64,000 bases of DNA from Octopus sinensis (Eukaryota). The DNA lies in the NCBI RefSeq assembly GCF_006345805.1, contig NC_043007.1:24304001-24368000 (forward strand). Direction: 5' to 3'. A program made the position numbers and the translations under genes. Below are positions 1 through 11,430 of the stretch, one piece after another. The notes beneath the pieces were generated by a model. It was not told the origin of the DNA and did not search any database. It worked only from the letters and a program-made list of their open reading frames with translations. Within the stretch, counting starts at the first letter, position 1. Each line of letters begins with the position of its first letter.

Positions 1-214
1 ACCTCTACATGTACATATACACGCATATATGAGTACAGGACACCAAAAGGATGTCGAACACAATGAGAAACGAAAACATAGACACAAACCCAAGGAACTG
101 GACATTTTTTTCAAACAACAAAAAAAAAAAAAAATAGAGTACAGGACAATTAACACAAAGAAAAAAACCCTTCTTCAGTCGCTATGGTTTCATCTACTCT
201 ACGTTTCGAAGGTG

Positions 215-247
<33 letters not shown>

Positions 248-248
<1 letters not shown>

Positions 249-411
249 GATGGGCTTCTTTCAGTTTCCATCTACCAAATCCGCTCACAAGGCTTTGGTC
301 AGCACAAGGCTATAGTTGAAGACACTTGCCCAAGGTGCCACGCAGTGGGACTGAACCCGGAACTATGTGGTTGGTTAGCAAGCTACTTACCACACAGCCA
401 CTCCTACGCCT
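248..411 (-). mobile_element. SINE family B (tRNA-like head plus core), head half only
   Basis: Reverse complement reads aggcgtaggagtggctgtgtggtaagtagc...ccgggttcagtcccactgcgtggcaccttgggcaagtgtcttc; same sequence recurs about 20 times in the window; abuts (TA)n. Confidence 0.85.
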
Positions 412-901
412 AAATGGTCAATTGGATTGGAGAATCACTAGGGTGGTTTTTAGAGTTTAATTCAATTTATCAAAGTCATGGAAGAGGTACCCGAAGATTC
501 TACCCCAAAGACCCTCTCATGAATAATGGGAGGTGAAAATGAACGGATGGATGTCAAAGAGATAGTGAAAAATATTAGAGAAGGCAGAAATTGGTTTTTG
601 GTTCTTGTTTAACAGGTTTTTGTCAGTATGTGTAGGTGTACCCTTTTTGGATTATATATTTGTTTTGTGATAAAGATCTTATGTATGTATGTATACTGTT
701 GTGTATGTGGGTTTGTTTGTTTATGACAGTTCCTGTACATGTGTGTGTGTATGTGTGGTTGCATATCTAATTAATTGTGTGCTTGTGTGTGTGTGTATAT
801 GTATTAAATTATTTGTAAAAAAGTTTTTGAAAATATGGGGGAAGTTTAATATAGTGCATTAAACAGAGATTCAAATAAAGATTTAAATTGATAGTTTTTC
901 A

Positions 902-982
<81 letters not shown>

Positions 983-1012
983 TATAAATACATATATATA
1001 TATATATATATA
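902..1012. repeat. (TA)n microsatellite
   Basis: Direct reading. Confidence 0.95.
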
Positions 1013-1451
1013 TTTTATAATATCTTCTTATATTTCTATTAAACCAGTGTATTTTGTATTAATTTGTTTAAGACATTAATTTCTTATACATTTATGTTTT
1101 GTGTTGTGTAAGTGTATGTGAAGCATGGGGGTGTAGATGTGAGAGTATGTGTGCATGCACATGTGTGTGGGTAGATTTGTAGATGTGTGTGTGGGTGTGG
1201 TTGTGTACATGTTTATTTGCTCAGATTTAAAGATTTTTAAAGAGTATAAGGTAATATTTAAACTAGCGATTCTAAATAAAGATTTTAATTCAAAGCTTCT
1301 GGAAATGTTTCGAATATGAACCGTATAATTCTTTTTAATGCATAACAGCATATTTGGATATTTATACTATTTAATACATTTTATTTAAGATTCAATATAT
1401 TTCATTTAATACATTCATTTCATTTAACAGGTTCTGCTATGGCTTTATAGA

Positions 1452-1890
1452 CACATGCATGGCTGTGTGGTTAAGAAGCTTGCTTTGCAACAGCATGGCT
1501 CCCAGTTCAGTTCCACTGCATGCCACTTTGGCCAAGTGTCTTCTACAAAACATTTTTTCACGCTAAGTGTTGCTGAAGCATGGAACAAACTGCCGGCATC
1601 AGTTGTTAGTTGTTGGAGCACTGCATCCTTCAAAACTTCCATGCTTCCCGAGATTCGCCAACACTACACCTGATTTTCTCCCCTCCATACACACACAAGC
1701 ATGTATCTGACTCATACACTGTTCGCTTTCCAGACATTTGTACATTAATGCATATGATTTATACGCACTTTTTGACAAGTTGTGGTGCACCTGAGCACTG
1801 TATGCAATAATTTCATTATTATTATTATCTAATTAATAGCTCTGGGTTGACCAAAGCCTTGTCAATGGACATGGCAGATGAAAACTAAAA
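1452..1890 (+). mobile_element. Old SINE B copy split by a CR1 3' fragment
   Basis: Head to gtgtcttctac (about 1546) resumes as atagctctgggttgaccaaagccttg (about 1836). Confidence 0.75.
1547..1827 (+). mobile_element. CR1-clade LINE, 3' end plus 3' UTR and (ATT)n tail
   Basis: KHFFTLSVAEAWNKLPASVV...EIRQHYT* matches the C-terminus of the copy at 3915-4506; ends gcacctgagcactgtatgcaataatttcattattatt. Confidence 0.85.
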
Positions 1891-1934
1891 CCAACTTGTA
1901 GGTTGTAAATGAGAATCATCAACATGCAAGCAGT

Positions 1935-2365
1935 CATCATCATCGTCATCATTTAACGTCCACTTTCCATGCTAGCATGGGTTGGACGATTCTGTCTGAG
2001 GGCTGGCAAACCAGAAGGCTGCATCAGGCTCCAATCTTGATCTGGCAGAGTTTCTACAGCTGGATGCCCTTCCTAATGCCAACCACTCCAAGAGTATAGT
2101 GGGTGCTTTTTACATGCCACCAGCATGGGGGCCAGTCAGGTGGTACTGGCAATGATCTCGCTCGAATCTTTTTACACATGTCACCGGCACAGGTGCCAGT
2201 AAGGTGATGCTGGTAACGATCATGCTCGAATGGTGCCTTTTACATGCCACCGGCATGGAAGCCAGTTAGCTGCTCTGGCAACAATCACACTCGGATGGTG
2301 CTCTTAGCACCCTACTAGCACGAGGCACAAGTGCCAGTAAGGCGACGCTGGTATGGAACAAGTGC
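1935..2365 (-). mobile_element. Family C retroposon ((GAT)n tail, internal VNTR), diverged
   Basis: catcatc...tttaacgtccactttccatgctagcatgggttggacg tail, ggatgcccttcctaatgccaacc core, several degenerate about 60-bp units. Confidence 0.8.
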
Positions 2366-2798
2366 CAGTAAGGCACAGTCTTTCATAAAAAAACATGTCT
2401 GGTCATAAAGACTGATCACCTAACTTGGAAACAGGTGAGGGCTGACAACAACAAGGGCATCTGGCAGTAAGAAATGTCTCAACAATGTTCATCTGACCTG
2501 AGCCAGTCAATGCCTCGTGAATGAATTTGGTTGATGGAAACTGTCTGGAAGCCCATTGTGTATACACATACACACACACATGCACACACACACACAAACA
2601 TATGTTACTTAGAGTCAGAAGAATGAGAAAAGAGTGCTCAATACACGTTGTAGAGGATATGGGTTTCCTCTTTTATTAAAACTGAAATTTCATGCCACTG
2701 TGATCTGTATGTATTATGCATGTATATATGTCCGTGTGTGTGTGTGAGCATGACGAGTGTGTTTGTGTGTGTGTTTATATATATATACACACACACAC

Positions 2799-3394
2799 TG
2801 TAAGGTGGTTGGTGCTAGGAAGGGCATCCATCTGTAAAAACCATGCCAAGTCAGACAGTGAAGCCTGGTGCAGCCTTTTGCCTACCTAGCTCCTGTCAAA
2901 CCATCCAACCCATGCCTGCATGGAAAGCAAACATTAATGGAATTTGTATCTTTGTGGTACCAGTGCCGGTGGCACATAAGAAAACCATCTGAACGTGGCC
3001 GTAGCCAGTACCGCATCGACTGGCCTCCGTGCACGTAATAAACACCATCCGATCGTGGCCGTTTGCCAGCCTCGTCTGGCACCTGTGTCGGTGGCACATA
3101 AAAAACACCATCCGAGCGTGGCCGTCTGCCAGCCTCGTCTGGCACCTGTGTCGGTGGCACATAAAAAACACCATCCGAGCGTGGCCGTTCGCCAGCCTCG
3201 TCTGGCACCTGTGTCGGTGGCACATAAAATCACCCACTACACTCTCGGAGTGGTTGGCGTTAGGAAAGGCATCCAGCTGTAGAAACACTGCCAGATCTGA
3301 CTGGCCTGGTGCAGCCTTCTGGCTTCCCAGACCCCAGTTGAACCGTCCAACCCATGCTAGTATGGAAAGTGGACGTTAAACGATGATGATGATG
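2799..3394 (+). mobile_element. Two family C copies in tandem (older 2799-2936, younger 2937-3394 with VNTR)
   Basis: Core aggaagggcatcc and 3' end ccaacccatgc occur twice; three near-identical 61-bp units in about 3040-3230; ends ttaaacgatgatgatgatg. Confidence 0.85.
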
Positions 3395-3914
3395 AATACA
3401 GTGTATTCTTCTATGAATAATGTATAGTCTATTGACTAAATTTTTCCTTCTCGCTATACCACTGGTAACAAAGAATTTTTCTATAAATACTTTTGCTACC
3501 CTAAGATTTTAATTATATATATATATATATGCCTTTTGGAATAGAACGTGATTTTAAAGAGAAAAGACTGAAACTGCAAACAACAACAACAACTGCCGCC
3601 ACCACTGAACACCACTGAACCATCACCACTGAACACAGCAAGAGACATTCTATCTTCTTTTCTTTTCTTTCTGCCATTCATTTCTTTCCTTCTTTATATT
3701 AAGCAGAAGGTAAAAAAAAAACAGTATAACATGAGCAAATTTAAGGTAAAATGTCTTTAAGAGATAATTAATGAAATTAAAAATTACAGAGATAAATAAA
3801 TAAAATATGAAATTCTTTAGATAGATAAATAATTAAAAAAAAAAAAACGAAGAAAGCACATCACTTAAGGTCATATTGTAAAGCTTTTAACTTCTTCACA
3901 TGTAATATTTAACC

Positions 3915-4506
3915 CTTTCTCAGTCAAGCTGAGTCATGCAAGACTTTTGTTAGCCGCTCTCCAGCCATCTATTTAAAACTGTATACAGCTTTGGTATGAC
4001 CACACTTGGAATTCGCATCATCAGTTTGGAACCCCTATCTTGCTCAGAACATTGACCTCCTGGAATCTGTCCAGAGATGTGCAACCAAACCCATACCCTC
4101 CATCAGACACCTACCATACTCTGAGCGCCTTGTTTCCCTGGGCATGGATTCACTGAAGCTCCGGCGTCTGGCGACGGACTTGGTAAACACCCACAAAGTT
4201 ATCAACCACCTCACCAACAACAACACTGAACACCTTTTTGATCTCCATGTGTCTAACACACGTAGACATGCCTACAAAGTCAGAAAACAACACAGCTCCC
4301 ATGACTTTCGGAAACATTTTTTCACGCTCAGAGTTGCTGAAGCATGGAATAAACTGCCTGCGTCAGTTGTTGACTGCCATGACACTGCATCCTTTAAGGC
4401 CCTCATGCTTTCTGAAATCCGCCGAAACTACACCTGATTATACATACACTTTAGATGAGTTGTAGTGCACCTGAGCACTGTACACAATGTTTATTATTAT
4501 TATTAT
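3915..4506 (+). mobile_element. CR1-clade LINE, 5'-truncated ORF2 C-terminus
   Basis: ORF 4006-4437 LEFASSVWNPYLAQNIDLLESVQRCATK...FFTLRVAEAWNKLP has CR1 C-terminal motifs; in-frame stop just upstream; (ATT)n tail. Confidence 0.9.
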
Positions 4507-4529
4507 TTTATGTTCTTGAGAACATGGAT

Positions 4530-4745
4530 TCCTCACCATTTCCATCATCGTGTTTAACATCCATATTCTATGCTTGCATGGTTGGATGGAATTTGTTGAG
4601 ACAGATTTTCTATGGCCGGATGCCCTTCCAGTCACCAACCTTCACCTGTTTCCAAGCAAGGTAATATTCCTCCATGGTTAGACATGTTTTCCATGGAAGA
4701 CTGGAATCTAACAACATTGCTTGTATGATGATGTCAAGACAAGAT
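4530..4745 (-). mobile_element. Family D interspersed repeat (shares the ggatgcccttcc core and CAT tail with family C)
   Basis: Similar copies at about 2390-2520 (+) and 61780-62010 (-). Confidence 0.6.
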
Positions 4746-4916
4746 GTGTGTGTGTGTGTCACACACACACATGCCCACATTTACAGGCATGCACACATAC
4801 ACACACATGTACACATATGCATATGTACATGCACACACACATACACATGCATATACACATTTCACCATATACATATATATACATACACATACCACTAATG
4901 GAAGGACACATTAGTT

Positions 4917-5135
4917 CAGTGCTTTTCAAACTTTTTACTGGAGCGGAACCCCAAGGAAGCATTCCACTGGCTCGAGGAACCCCTGTGCAGTAATTTAATA
5001 GTCTTATGCACACATATCTGCACAGGAGAATTAAAAATTACTGCCGATTTTAGCATTTTTGTAACTTCTTGCGGAACCCCTGCACTGTACTGGCAGAACC
5101 CTAAGGTTCCATGGAACCCTGGTTGAAAACCACTG
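4917..5135. mobile_element. hAT-type MITE, 219 bp
   Basis: TIRs cagtgcttttcaa / ttgaaaaccactg; perfect 8-bp TSD cattagtt at 4909-4916 and 5136-5143. Confidence 0.9.
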
Positions 5136-5844
5136 CATTAGTTAATATAGTTCTCGATATACTGTGTTTGTAAGAAAAACAGAATGGCCAAGGCTGGAAA
5201 TAGTAGCCAAATCTCGCTCAAATACAAGAATATCATCTTAATAATGGAAAAACACGGTAGTTAATTTAGTCCTAGATATATTATGCTTGTAAGTAAAAAG
5301 AGGATGGCCTTTTTTAAAAACATCCTTTGTTATAGGAAATGTAGAGAATAACTCATGCTGTTACATTCACTGCGATGTTAAATGTTAATCCATAGATTCG
5401 CAGTTTGATTTCGTTAACAGCTGAGTCTTTCCTCAGATTAGCTGGTGCTGCAACCAATTAATGCCATCAATTTATGGACCAATCACAGGTATGTCTAATT
5501 TGTTAACACAGCACCAGCTTCCATGGCAACAGAAAGCAACAACAACAACAACAACAGCAGCAGTAATAGCAGCAGCCTTTGTCATCACGTTTTCAACCAA
5601 TCAATTTGTGTGCCATCTATTTAACACACCTGGCATCTACAGCTGAGCCTATATAACTCTTTTACTAGCTTCACTCATTAAACTGTGGCCATGTTGGAGC
5701 ATCACTTGAAAACGTTTTAGTAGAAAAAAATGGAGGTACATGGCTTTGTGGGTACAGTGTTGCACTCATGATCACAAAATTTTGGTTTCAATCCTTGGAC
5801 TGGGCGATGTGTTGCTTCAGTCCATTCAGCTGGTAAAAATGAAT

Positions 5845-6058
5845 TCAAAGAAACGTTAGCATGCCGGGTGAAATACTCATCAGTATTTCGTCTTTCTTTA
5901 TATTCTGAGTTCAAATTCCACCAAGGTCAACTTTGCCTTTCATCCTTTCCGGGTCGATAGATTAAGTACCAGTTGCATACTGGGGTTGATCTAATCAACT
6001 GGCCCCCACTCCTCTCCCAAAATTTCAGGCCTTGTACCTAGAGTAGAAAAGAATATTA
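5845..6058 (+). mobile_element. SINE family A (tail variant 2)
   Basis: B-box gagttcaaattcc, core gcctttcatccttt..gggtcgata..ttaagtaccag, tail ggccttgtacctagagtagaaaag. Confidence 0.8.
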
Positions 6059-6080
6059 CATATGCTGTCTCATCTAGTAT

Positions 6081-6538
6081 TTCACCCGCATGGTTCTTGG
6101 TCTCAAGCATTTGTCTTATGAAGAGAGGCTGAAGACGCTCGACCTTTATTCTCTAGAAAAACGCCGCCGGCGTGGTGATCTCATTCTCGCTCACAACATC
6201 ATAAGTGGAAAGTATAACCTCTCGAAAGAGCTGTTCTTCACTCCTGCTCCAGAGTGTCGGCTGCGGGGTCACTCCGAAAAGCTCTATCTGCAACGATTTC
6301 ATCTCAATTGAAGGAGAGGGGCTTTCTCCGTCCGGGTTGCAGATCCGTGGAATAAGCTGCCGGACGAGATAGTGAAGATGCCGACGACTGATCGGTTCAA
6401 AGTCTCTCTTGACCAGAAATGGCCTGAACTCTTTGCATGAACGCCACCCTGTACATGATTCCATGTCCCCCTACATGGCCTTGATTTTTGCTTTTTGAGC
6501 CAAAAAATTAACTTAACTAACTTAACTTAACTTAACTT
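6081..6538 (+). mobile_element. Second CR1-clade LINE family, 3' fragment with (TAACT)n tail
   Basis: FTRMVLGLKHLSYEERLKTLDLYSLEKRRRRGDLI...*RRGAFSVRVADPWNKLP; premature stop 6309-6311; tail ttaacttaactaacttaactt. Confidence 0.9.
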
Positions 6539-6668
6539 AGCAGTATTTCGTCTGTCTTTATGTTCTGAGTTCAAATTCCACCAAGCTCAACTTTGCTTTT
6601 CATCCTTTTGGGGTCGATAGATTAAGTACCAGTTGCATATTGGGGTTGATCGAATCAACTGGCCCCCT
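6539..6668 (+). mobile_element. SINE A body fragment
   Basis: Closely similar to 5881-6007. Confidence 0.75.
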
Positions 6669-6814
6669 CATGACATCACTTCCCTTCCTTTCCAGTCATT
6701 CATCTTTCCTCCACAAGTACTTAGCTGGGACTGAAAACTCTACATAGAAGAATAGGGCAGTTGTTTAGCCATTTAACCTAGAAGAGAGTAGATGCTCGGC
6801 TATTTAACCAAGAG

Positions 6815-7310
6815 CTTTGCCTTTTATCCTTTCGGGGTCGATAAATTAAGTACCAGTTATGCACTGGGGTCGATGCAATCGACTTAATCCCTTTGTCTGT
6901 CCTTGTTGGTCCACTCTATGTTTAGCCCCTTGTGGGTAGTAAAGAAATAGGTATTTCGTATGCCATTATGTTCAGATTTCAAATTCTGCCGAGGTCGACT
7001 TTGCCTTTCATCCTTTCGGGGTCGATAAATTAAGTACCAGTTACGCACTGGGGCCGATGTAATCGACTTAATCCCTTTGTCTGTCCTTGTTTGTCCACAC
7101 TATGTTTAGCCCCTTGTGGGTAGTAAAGAAATAGGTATTTCGTCTGCCGCTATGTTCTGAGTTCAAATTCCGCCGAGGTCGACTTTGCCTTTCATCCTTT
7201 CAGGGTCGATAAATTAAGTACCAGTTACGCACTGGGGCCAATGTAATCAACTTAATCCCTTTGTTTGTCCATGTTTGTCCACTCTATGTTTAGCCCCTTG
7301 TAGGAGTGTA
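6815..7310 (+). mobile_element. Head-to-tail trimer of SINE A bodies (period 184 bp)
   Basis: Junction aaagaaata|ggtatttcgt at 6950 and 7134. Confidence 0.85.
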
Positions 7311-7689
7311 AAAAAAAAAAAAAATTTAACCAAGAGCCATTATGGTAGACAACAGCAGTAGTCTATCACGATGCAAAAGCTACATGTTCTCTCCATCATG
7401 TCATTTGTGGAGGTTTCCTTTAGTGAGAGTGGGTGTTGTTGTAGTAGTTAACCATGCAAAGGCTACTGGCTGTCAAACCAGGGAGTAGGGTTGGAGGTGA
7501 GGATAACAAGGGCGGAGACGGCATGCTGTGCAACTCAGCATTTTGGGGGACATTTTGCAGCATTGCTTGCTCTTAACAAAAAAGAAAAATATATAACTAC
7601 TTAAATTAAATATGTACAGTATGTCAGCTTCATGTTATATACCTTATAATTTATTTTTATAGATTTATAAATATATATAGACATACATG

Positions 7690-7694
7690 TTATA

Positions 7695-7755
<61 letters not shown>

Positions 7756-7924
7756 TACATATATATATATATATCTTATATAGTTAGCTATATATATAAG
7801 CTATAATTATTATATAAATATTATAATTATTTTATAATAGTATGTGTGTGTGTATGTATACATCTATACATACATACATACACATATATATATATATAAT
7901 ATATATATATACATATATATATAT

Positions 7925-7981
<57 letters not shown>

Positions 7982-8002
7982 TATATATATAATATATATA
8001 TT

Positions 8003-8033
<31 letters not shown>

Positions 8034-8035
8034 TA

Positions 8036-8067
<32 letters not shown>

Positions 8068-8085
8068 ATATATATATATAAATAT
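7690..8085. repeat. Interrupted (TA)n microsatellite field
   Basis: Direct reading. Confidence 0.95.
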
Positions 8086-8125
8086 GCTTACATTTTGGAA
8101 ATGAAATATTTTTCTCCCTTTCATG

Positions 8126-8158
<33 letters not shown>

Positions 8159-8596
8159 TTTATCTCTTTCTTCCTTACACTATTATTTCCCAGGATGTTT
8201 GGATATATAATTTTGCTATCTGAATTGATATATTTTAAAATGACAGCATGTGCATTTTGGTACGAGTGGATACGTGTTTGGATTTCAAACAGAGAGAGAG
8301 AGAGAGAATGAAAGAGAAAGAGAGAGAGAGAGAGGGAGGGAGGGAGGGAGGGAGAGAGAGAGAGAATGAAAGAGAGAGAAGGGAGTGGGAGGCAGAGAAA
8401 GAATACTGTTGATATAAAGTGAGAAATCTTTCAAAGAGAGAAGCAAATAATTCAAACGCTGGGAAAGAAAGTGGGAAAAAAAGCAAAAGAAGCTTGAAGC
8501 ACAATGAATAATGAAGATGTTTCTGGATTTATGCTTCTGTTAATATATGGGTGAAAATATATGAAGATGGCGTCTTTTATCTTTTAATCTTTTGCC

Positions 8597-8810
8597 TTTT
8601 ACTTGTTGCAGTCGCTGAACTGTGGTCATGTTGGGGCAGCACCTTCAACTCTTCGGTTGAATAAATTGAGCGCCAGTGATTATTTTTTTTCATAAAGTTT
8701 GGTACTTATTCTATCTGTTTCTTTTGCTGAACTGCTAAGTTATGGGATGTAAACAAAACCAGTATCGATTTTCAACCAGTGATGGAGCACAAACACAAAG
8801 ACACACACGC
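8597..8810 (-). mobile_element. SINE B tail half, diverged
   Basis: tacttattctatc..cttttgctgaactgctaagtt matches the family B tail. Confidence 0.7.
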
Positions 8811-8821
8811 ATATATATACA

Positions 8822-8866
<45 letters not shown>

Positions 8867-8939
8867 ATCTATCTATCTACCTACCTACCTACCTACCTAC
8901 CTACCTACCTACCTACCTACCTATCTATCTATCTATCTT

Positions 8940-8985
<46 letters not shown>

Positions 8986-9015
8986 AATCTATCTATCTAT
9001 CTATCTATCTATATA
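8822..9015. repeat. Compound (TATC)n-(TACC)n-(TATC)n tetranucleotide array
   Basis: Direct reading. Confidence 0.95.
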
Positions 9016-9029
9016 TTTAATAAAATTAA

Positions 9030-9263
9030 AGCACCCTTTTAAAGCCTAGCCAGACTCATGGTCCTGGTTTCCCGGTTTCTATGGTGTATGTGTTCCCCAG
9101 CTGGACGGGACGCCAGTCCATCGCAGCGTTGCTCATTTTTGCCAGCTGAGTGGACTGGAGCAACGTGAAGTGAAGTGTTTTGCTCAAGAACACAACGCGT
9201 CGCCCGGTCCAGGAATCGAAACCCCGATCTTACGACCATGATGCTGACACCCTAACCACTAAC
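9030..9263 (-). mobile_element. tRNA-derived SINE family G (CORE-like central domain)
   Basis: Minus strand ttagtggttagggtg...ggtttcgattcctgg (A/B boxes), then ttgagcaaaacacttcac..gctccagtccactcagctgg. Confidence 0.75.
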
Positions 9264-9284
9264 CCCCCCCCACACACATACATA

Positions 9285-10058
9285 CAGGATGTGGTGAATA
9301 AACTGTTGTCTAAATTATGCAAAAATGAAAATAACACTGGCATCTCATTTTAACAGATATATTGACCAAGATTACATAAAAATATCTTAAAATAGTAAAG
9401 AATAAATTTATTCCATAAAATCGCAATTGGTTTCAACTATGGCCAGCAGATGACTTCGGAATCTCCTGCAACTCTTCTGGGCAATCTCCATGTTTAAGCT
9501 GGTGAATGCTGCCATAATCCTTGCCTTCAGTTCATCTTTAGTGTTACAAGGTGACTTGTTGGTCTCTCACTCAACTGCACCCCATACATAATAATCAAGG
9601 GGGTTGCGGTCTGGGGAGTTAGGTGACCAGATTTTAGGGGTAATGTGGTCGCAGAAATTGTCTGACAGCCATGACTGGGTTCTCCTGTTTGTGTGTCACA
9701 GTGCAGAGTCCTGTTGCCAGGGACTTCCAGTGGCCACCCTCTTCACCCAGGGCAGCACTACTTCCTCCAGGCACTTGATTTAGGCCTCCGTGTTGAGTTT
9801 GAGGCTGTGTGGGAAGATGAATGGAGGCATAACATTGCAATTGCTAGTGATCACTCCAAACACCATGATGTTGGCTGGATGTTTGATTTTTTATCACTCT
9901 TGGTACTTGTCTTCAGATTGCCACCCAAATCCTCTGAAATGTTCATATCAGAGCTTCTGGTGTGAATGCCAAGCAGTACATGTTGTTTCCAAATTTCTGG
10001 CAGAGTGAATAGTGTCACAGTGTTATTTTTCTCACAGACAGTGCCCAACTGACCCTAG
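9285..10058 (-). pseudogene. Tc1/mariner DD37D (maT-type) transposase pseudogene, internally deleted
   Basis: Minus frame ...MVFGVITS...WQQDSAL*H...WSPNSPDRNPLDYYVWGAVE...CDFME* (stop 9408-9410); 37 residues between QQD and NPLD by my count; three in-frame stops; N-terminal-like segment joined directly to the catalytic half. Confidence 0.85.
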
Positions 10059-10084
10059 TATACTGTGACATCGACAAAATCAAA

Positions 10085-10345
10085 AACAAACAATCAACCC
10101 CATGACTTATTCTTTGTAAGCTTAGTACTTATTCTATCAGTCTCTTTTGCCGAACTGCTAAGTTATGGGGACGTAAACATACCAGTATCAGTTGTCAAGC
10201 ATTGTTGGGGTGACAAACACACACACATATGATGGGCTTCTTTCAGTTTCCGTCTACTAAATCAACTCACAAGATTTTGGTGGGCCCGAGGCTATAGTAG
10301 AAGACACTTGCCCAAGGTGGCACACAGTGGGACTGAACCCAGAAC
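10085..10345 (-). mobile_element. SINE B, both ends truncated
   Basis: Tail and core motifs in reverse orientation. Confidence 0.8.
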
Positions 10346-10349
10346 CATA

Positions 10350-10720
10350 TATATATATAAAGGGTAATAGCCCCCTTTGATCATGAATGACCATGAGATT
10401 GCACCTAGAAAGCTCCCCATTCCCCTCTGAGGCACAAGTCTGGGCAAGGTTGTTTGTAGAAGACCAGCAATCATCCATGCATGCCAGTCTCCCCTCTCCA
10501 CACCAGTGATGTTGTCCAAGGGAAAGGCAAAGGCCGATACAGCTTGGCACCATGATGTCACAATTCATTTCTACAGCAGAGCAAACTGGAACAATGTGAA
10601 ATAAGGTGAAGACACATGACTCAGTCATTAGAGTGATGGGCTCATAATCAAGAGGTAGTGAGTTCAATTCTCAAACCAGACAGAGTGTTGTATTCTTGAG
10701 CAAGATCCTTTATTTTACGT
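10350..10720. mobile_element. SINE family F (minus, about 10350-10605) and a family F/G tRNA-like head (plus, about 10615-10720)
   Basis: Matches 39795-40065 (gccaagctgtat.ggcctttgcctttcccttgg); plus-strand head gagttcaattctc..gtgttgtattcttgagcaaga. Confidence 0.65.
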
Positions 10721-10804
10721 GTGTGTGTATGTGTACATATAAATACTATATACATACATATATGCACACATACACACACATACATACATACATACATACA
10801 TACA

Positions 10805-10840
<36 letters not shown>

Positions 10841-10914
10841 TGTATGTATATGTATGTATGTATGTATATATGTATATATATGTAGAATAATTACTCTGAA
10901 GCATTGTGTAGAAT

Positions 10915-11055
10915 ATATTGTGTAAAGGATCATGGGTAAGGTCAGAACAATGCAAAGTAAATGCAAGGCAAATCCCATATATTTGTTTTCTTGGGATTTG
11001 CTTTGCATTTACTTCACATTGTTCTGGCCTTACCCACAACCCCTTTATACAATAT
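10915..11055. repeat. Foldback hairpin, 63/64-bp arms, 14-nt loop
   Basis: 10915-10977 is the reverse complement of 10992-11055 with about 10 differences. Confidence 0.85.
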
Positions 11056-11430
11056 CATCATCATCATCATCATCATCGTTTAACATCCGTTTTCCGCGCT
11101 AGCACGGGTTGGACGGTGCGACCGGGGTCTGGGAAGTCAGGAGGCTGCACCAGGCTCCAGTCTGATCTAGCAGTGTTTCTACAGCTGGATGCCCTTCCTA
11201 ACACCAACCACTCCGTGAGTGTAGTGGGTGCCTTTTACGTGCCACCGGCACAGGTGCCAGGGGAGTCTGGCAGCGGTCACGATCGGTTGGTGCTTTTAAC
11301 GTGCCACTGGCATGGAAGCCAGCCAAGGCGGCGCTGGCATCGGCCACGTTCGGATGGTGCTTTTTATGTGCCACCGGCGCAGGTATCACAACTACTATTT
11401 CCATTGATATTTATTTTGATGTTCATCTAT
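11056..11430 (-). mobile_element. Family C retroposon with 5' leader
   Basis: (CAT)n tail, core, 2-3 VNTR units, leader tggaaatagtagttgtgatacc also seen near 49270. Confidence 0.85.

Noticed and set aside
170-215. Minus-strand ccttcgaaacgtagagt and gactgaagaaggg, resembling hammerhead halves
   Set aside because: The halves are in the wrong order and do not pair into one motif; at most Penelope-type debris
2995-3282. Regularly spaced about 61-bp repeats (here and at 35051-35460, 46905-49163) as a CRISPR array
   Set aside because: No unique spacers, no cas genes, eukaryotic context; they are tandem units
5440-5530. 11-bp inverted repeat, CCAAT boxes, RFX X-box-like gcttccatggcaac and an AG|GTATGT donor
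   Set aside because: Each short match is expected by chance in 64 kb and no transcript or conservation evidence is available
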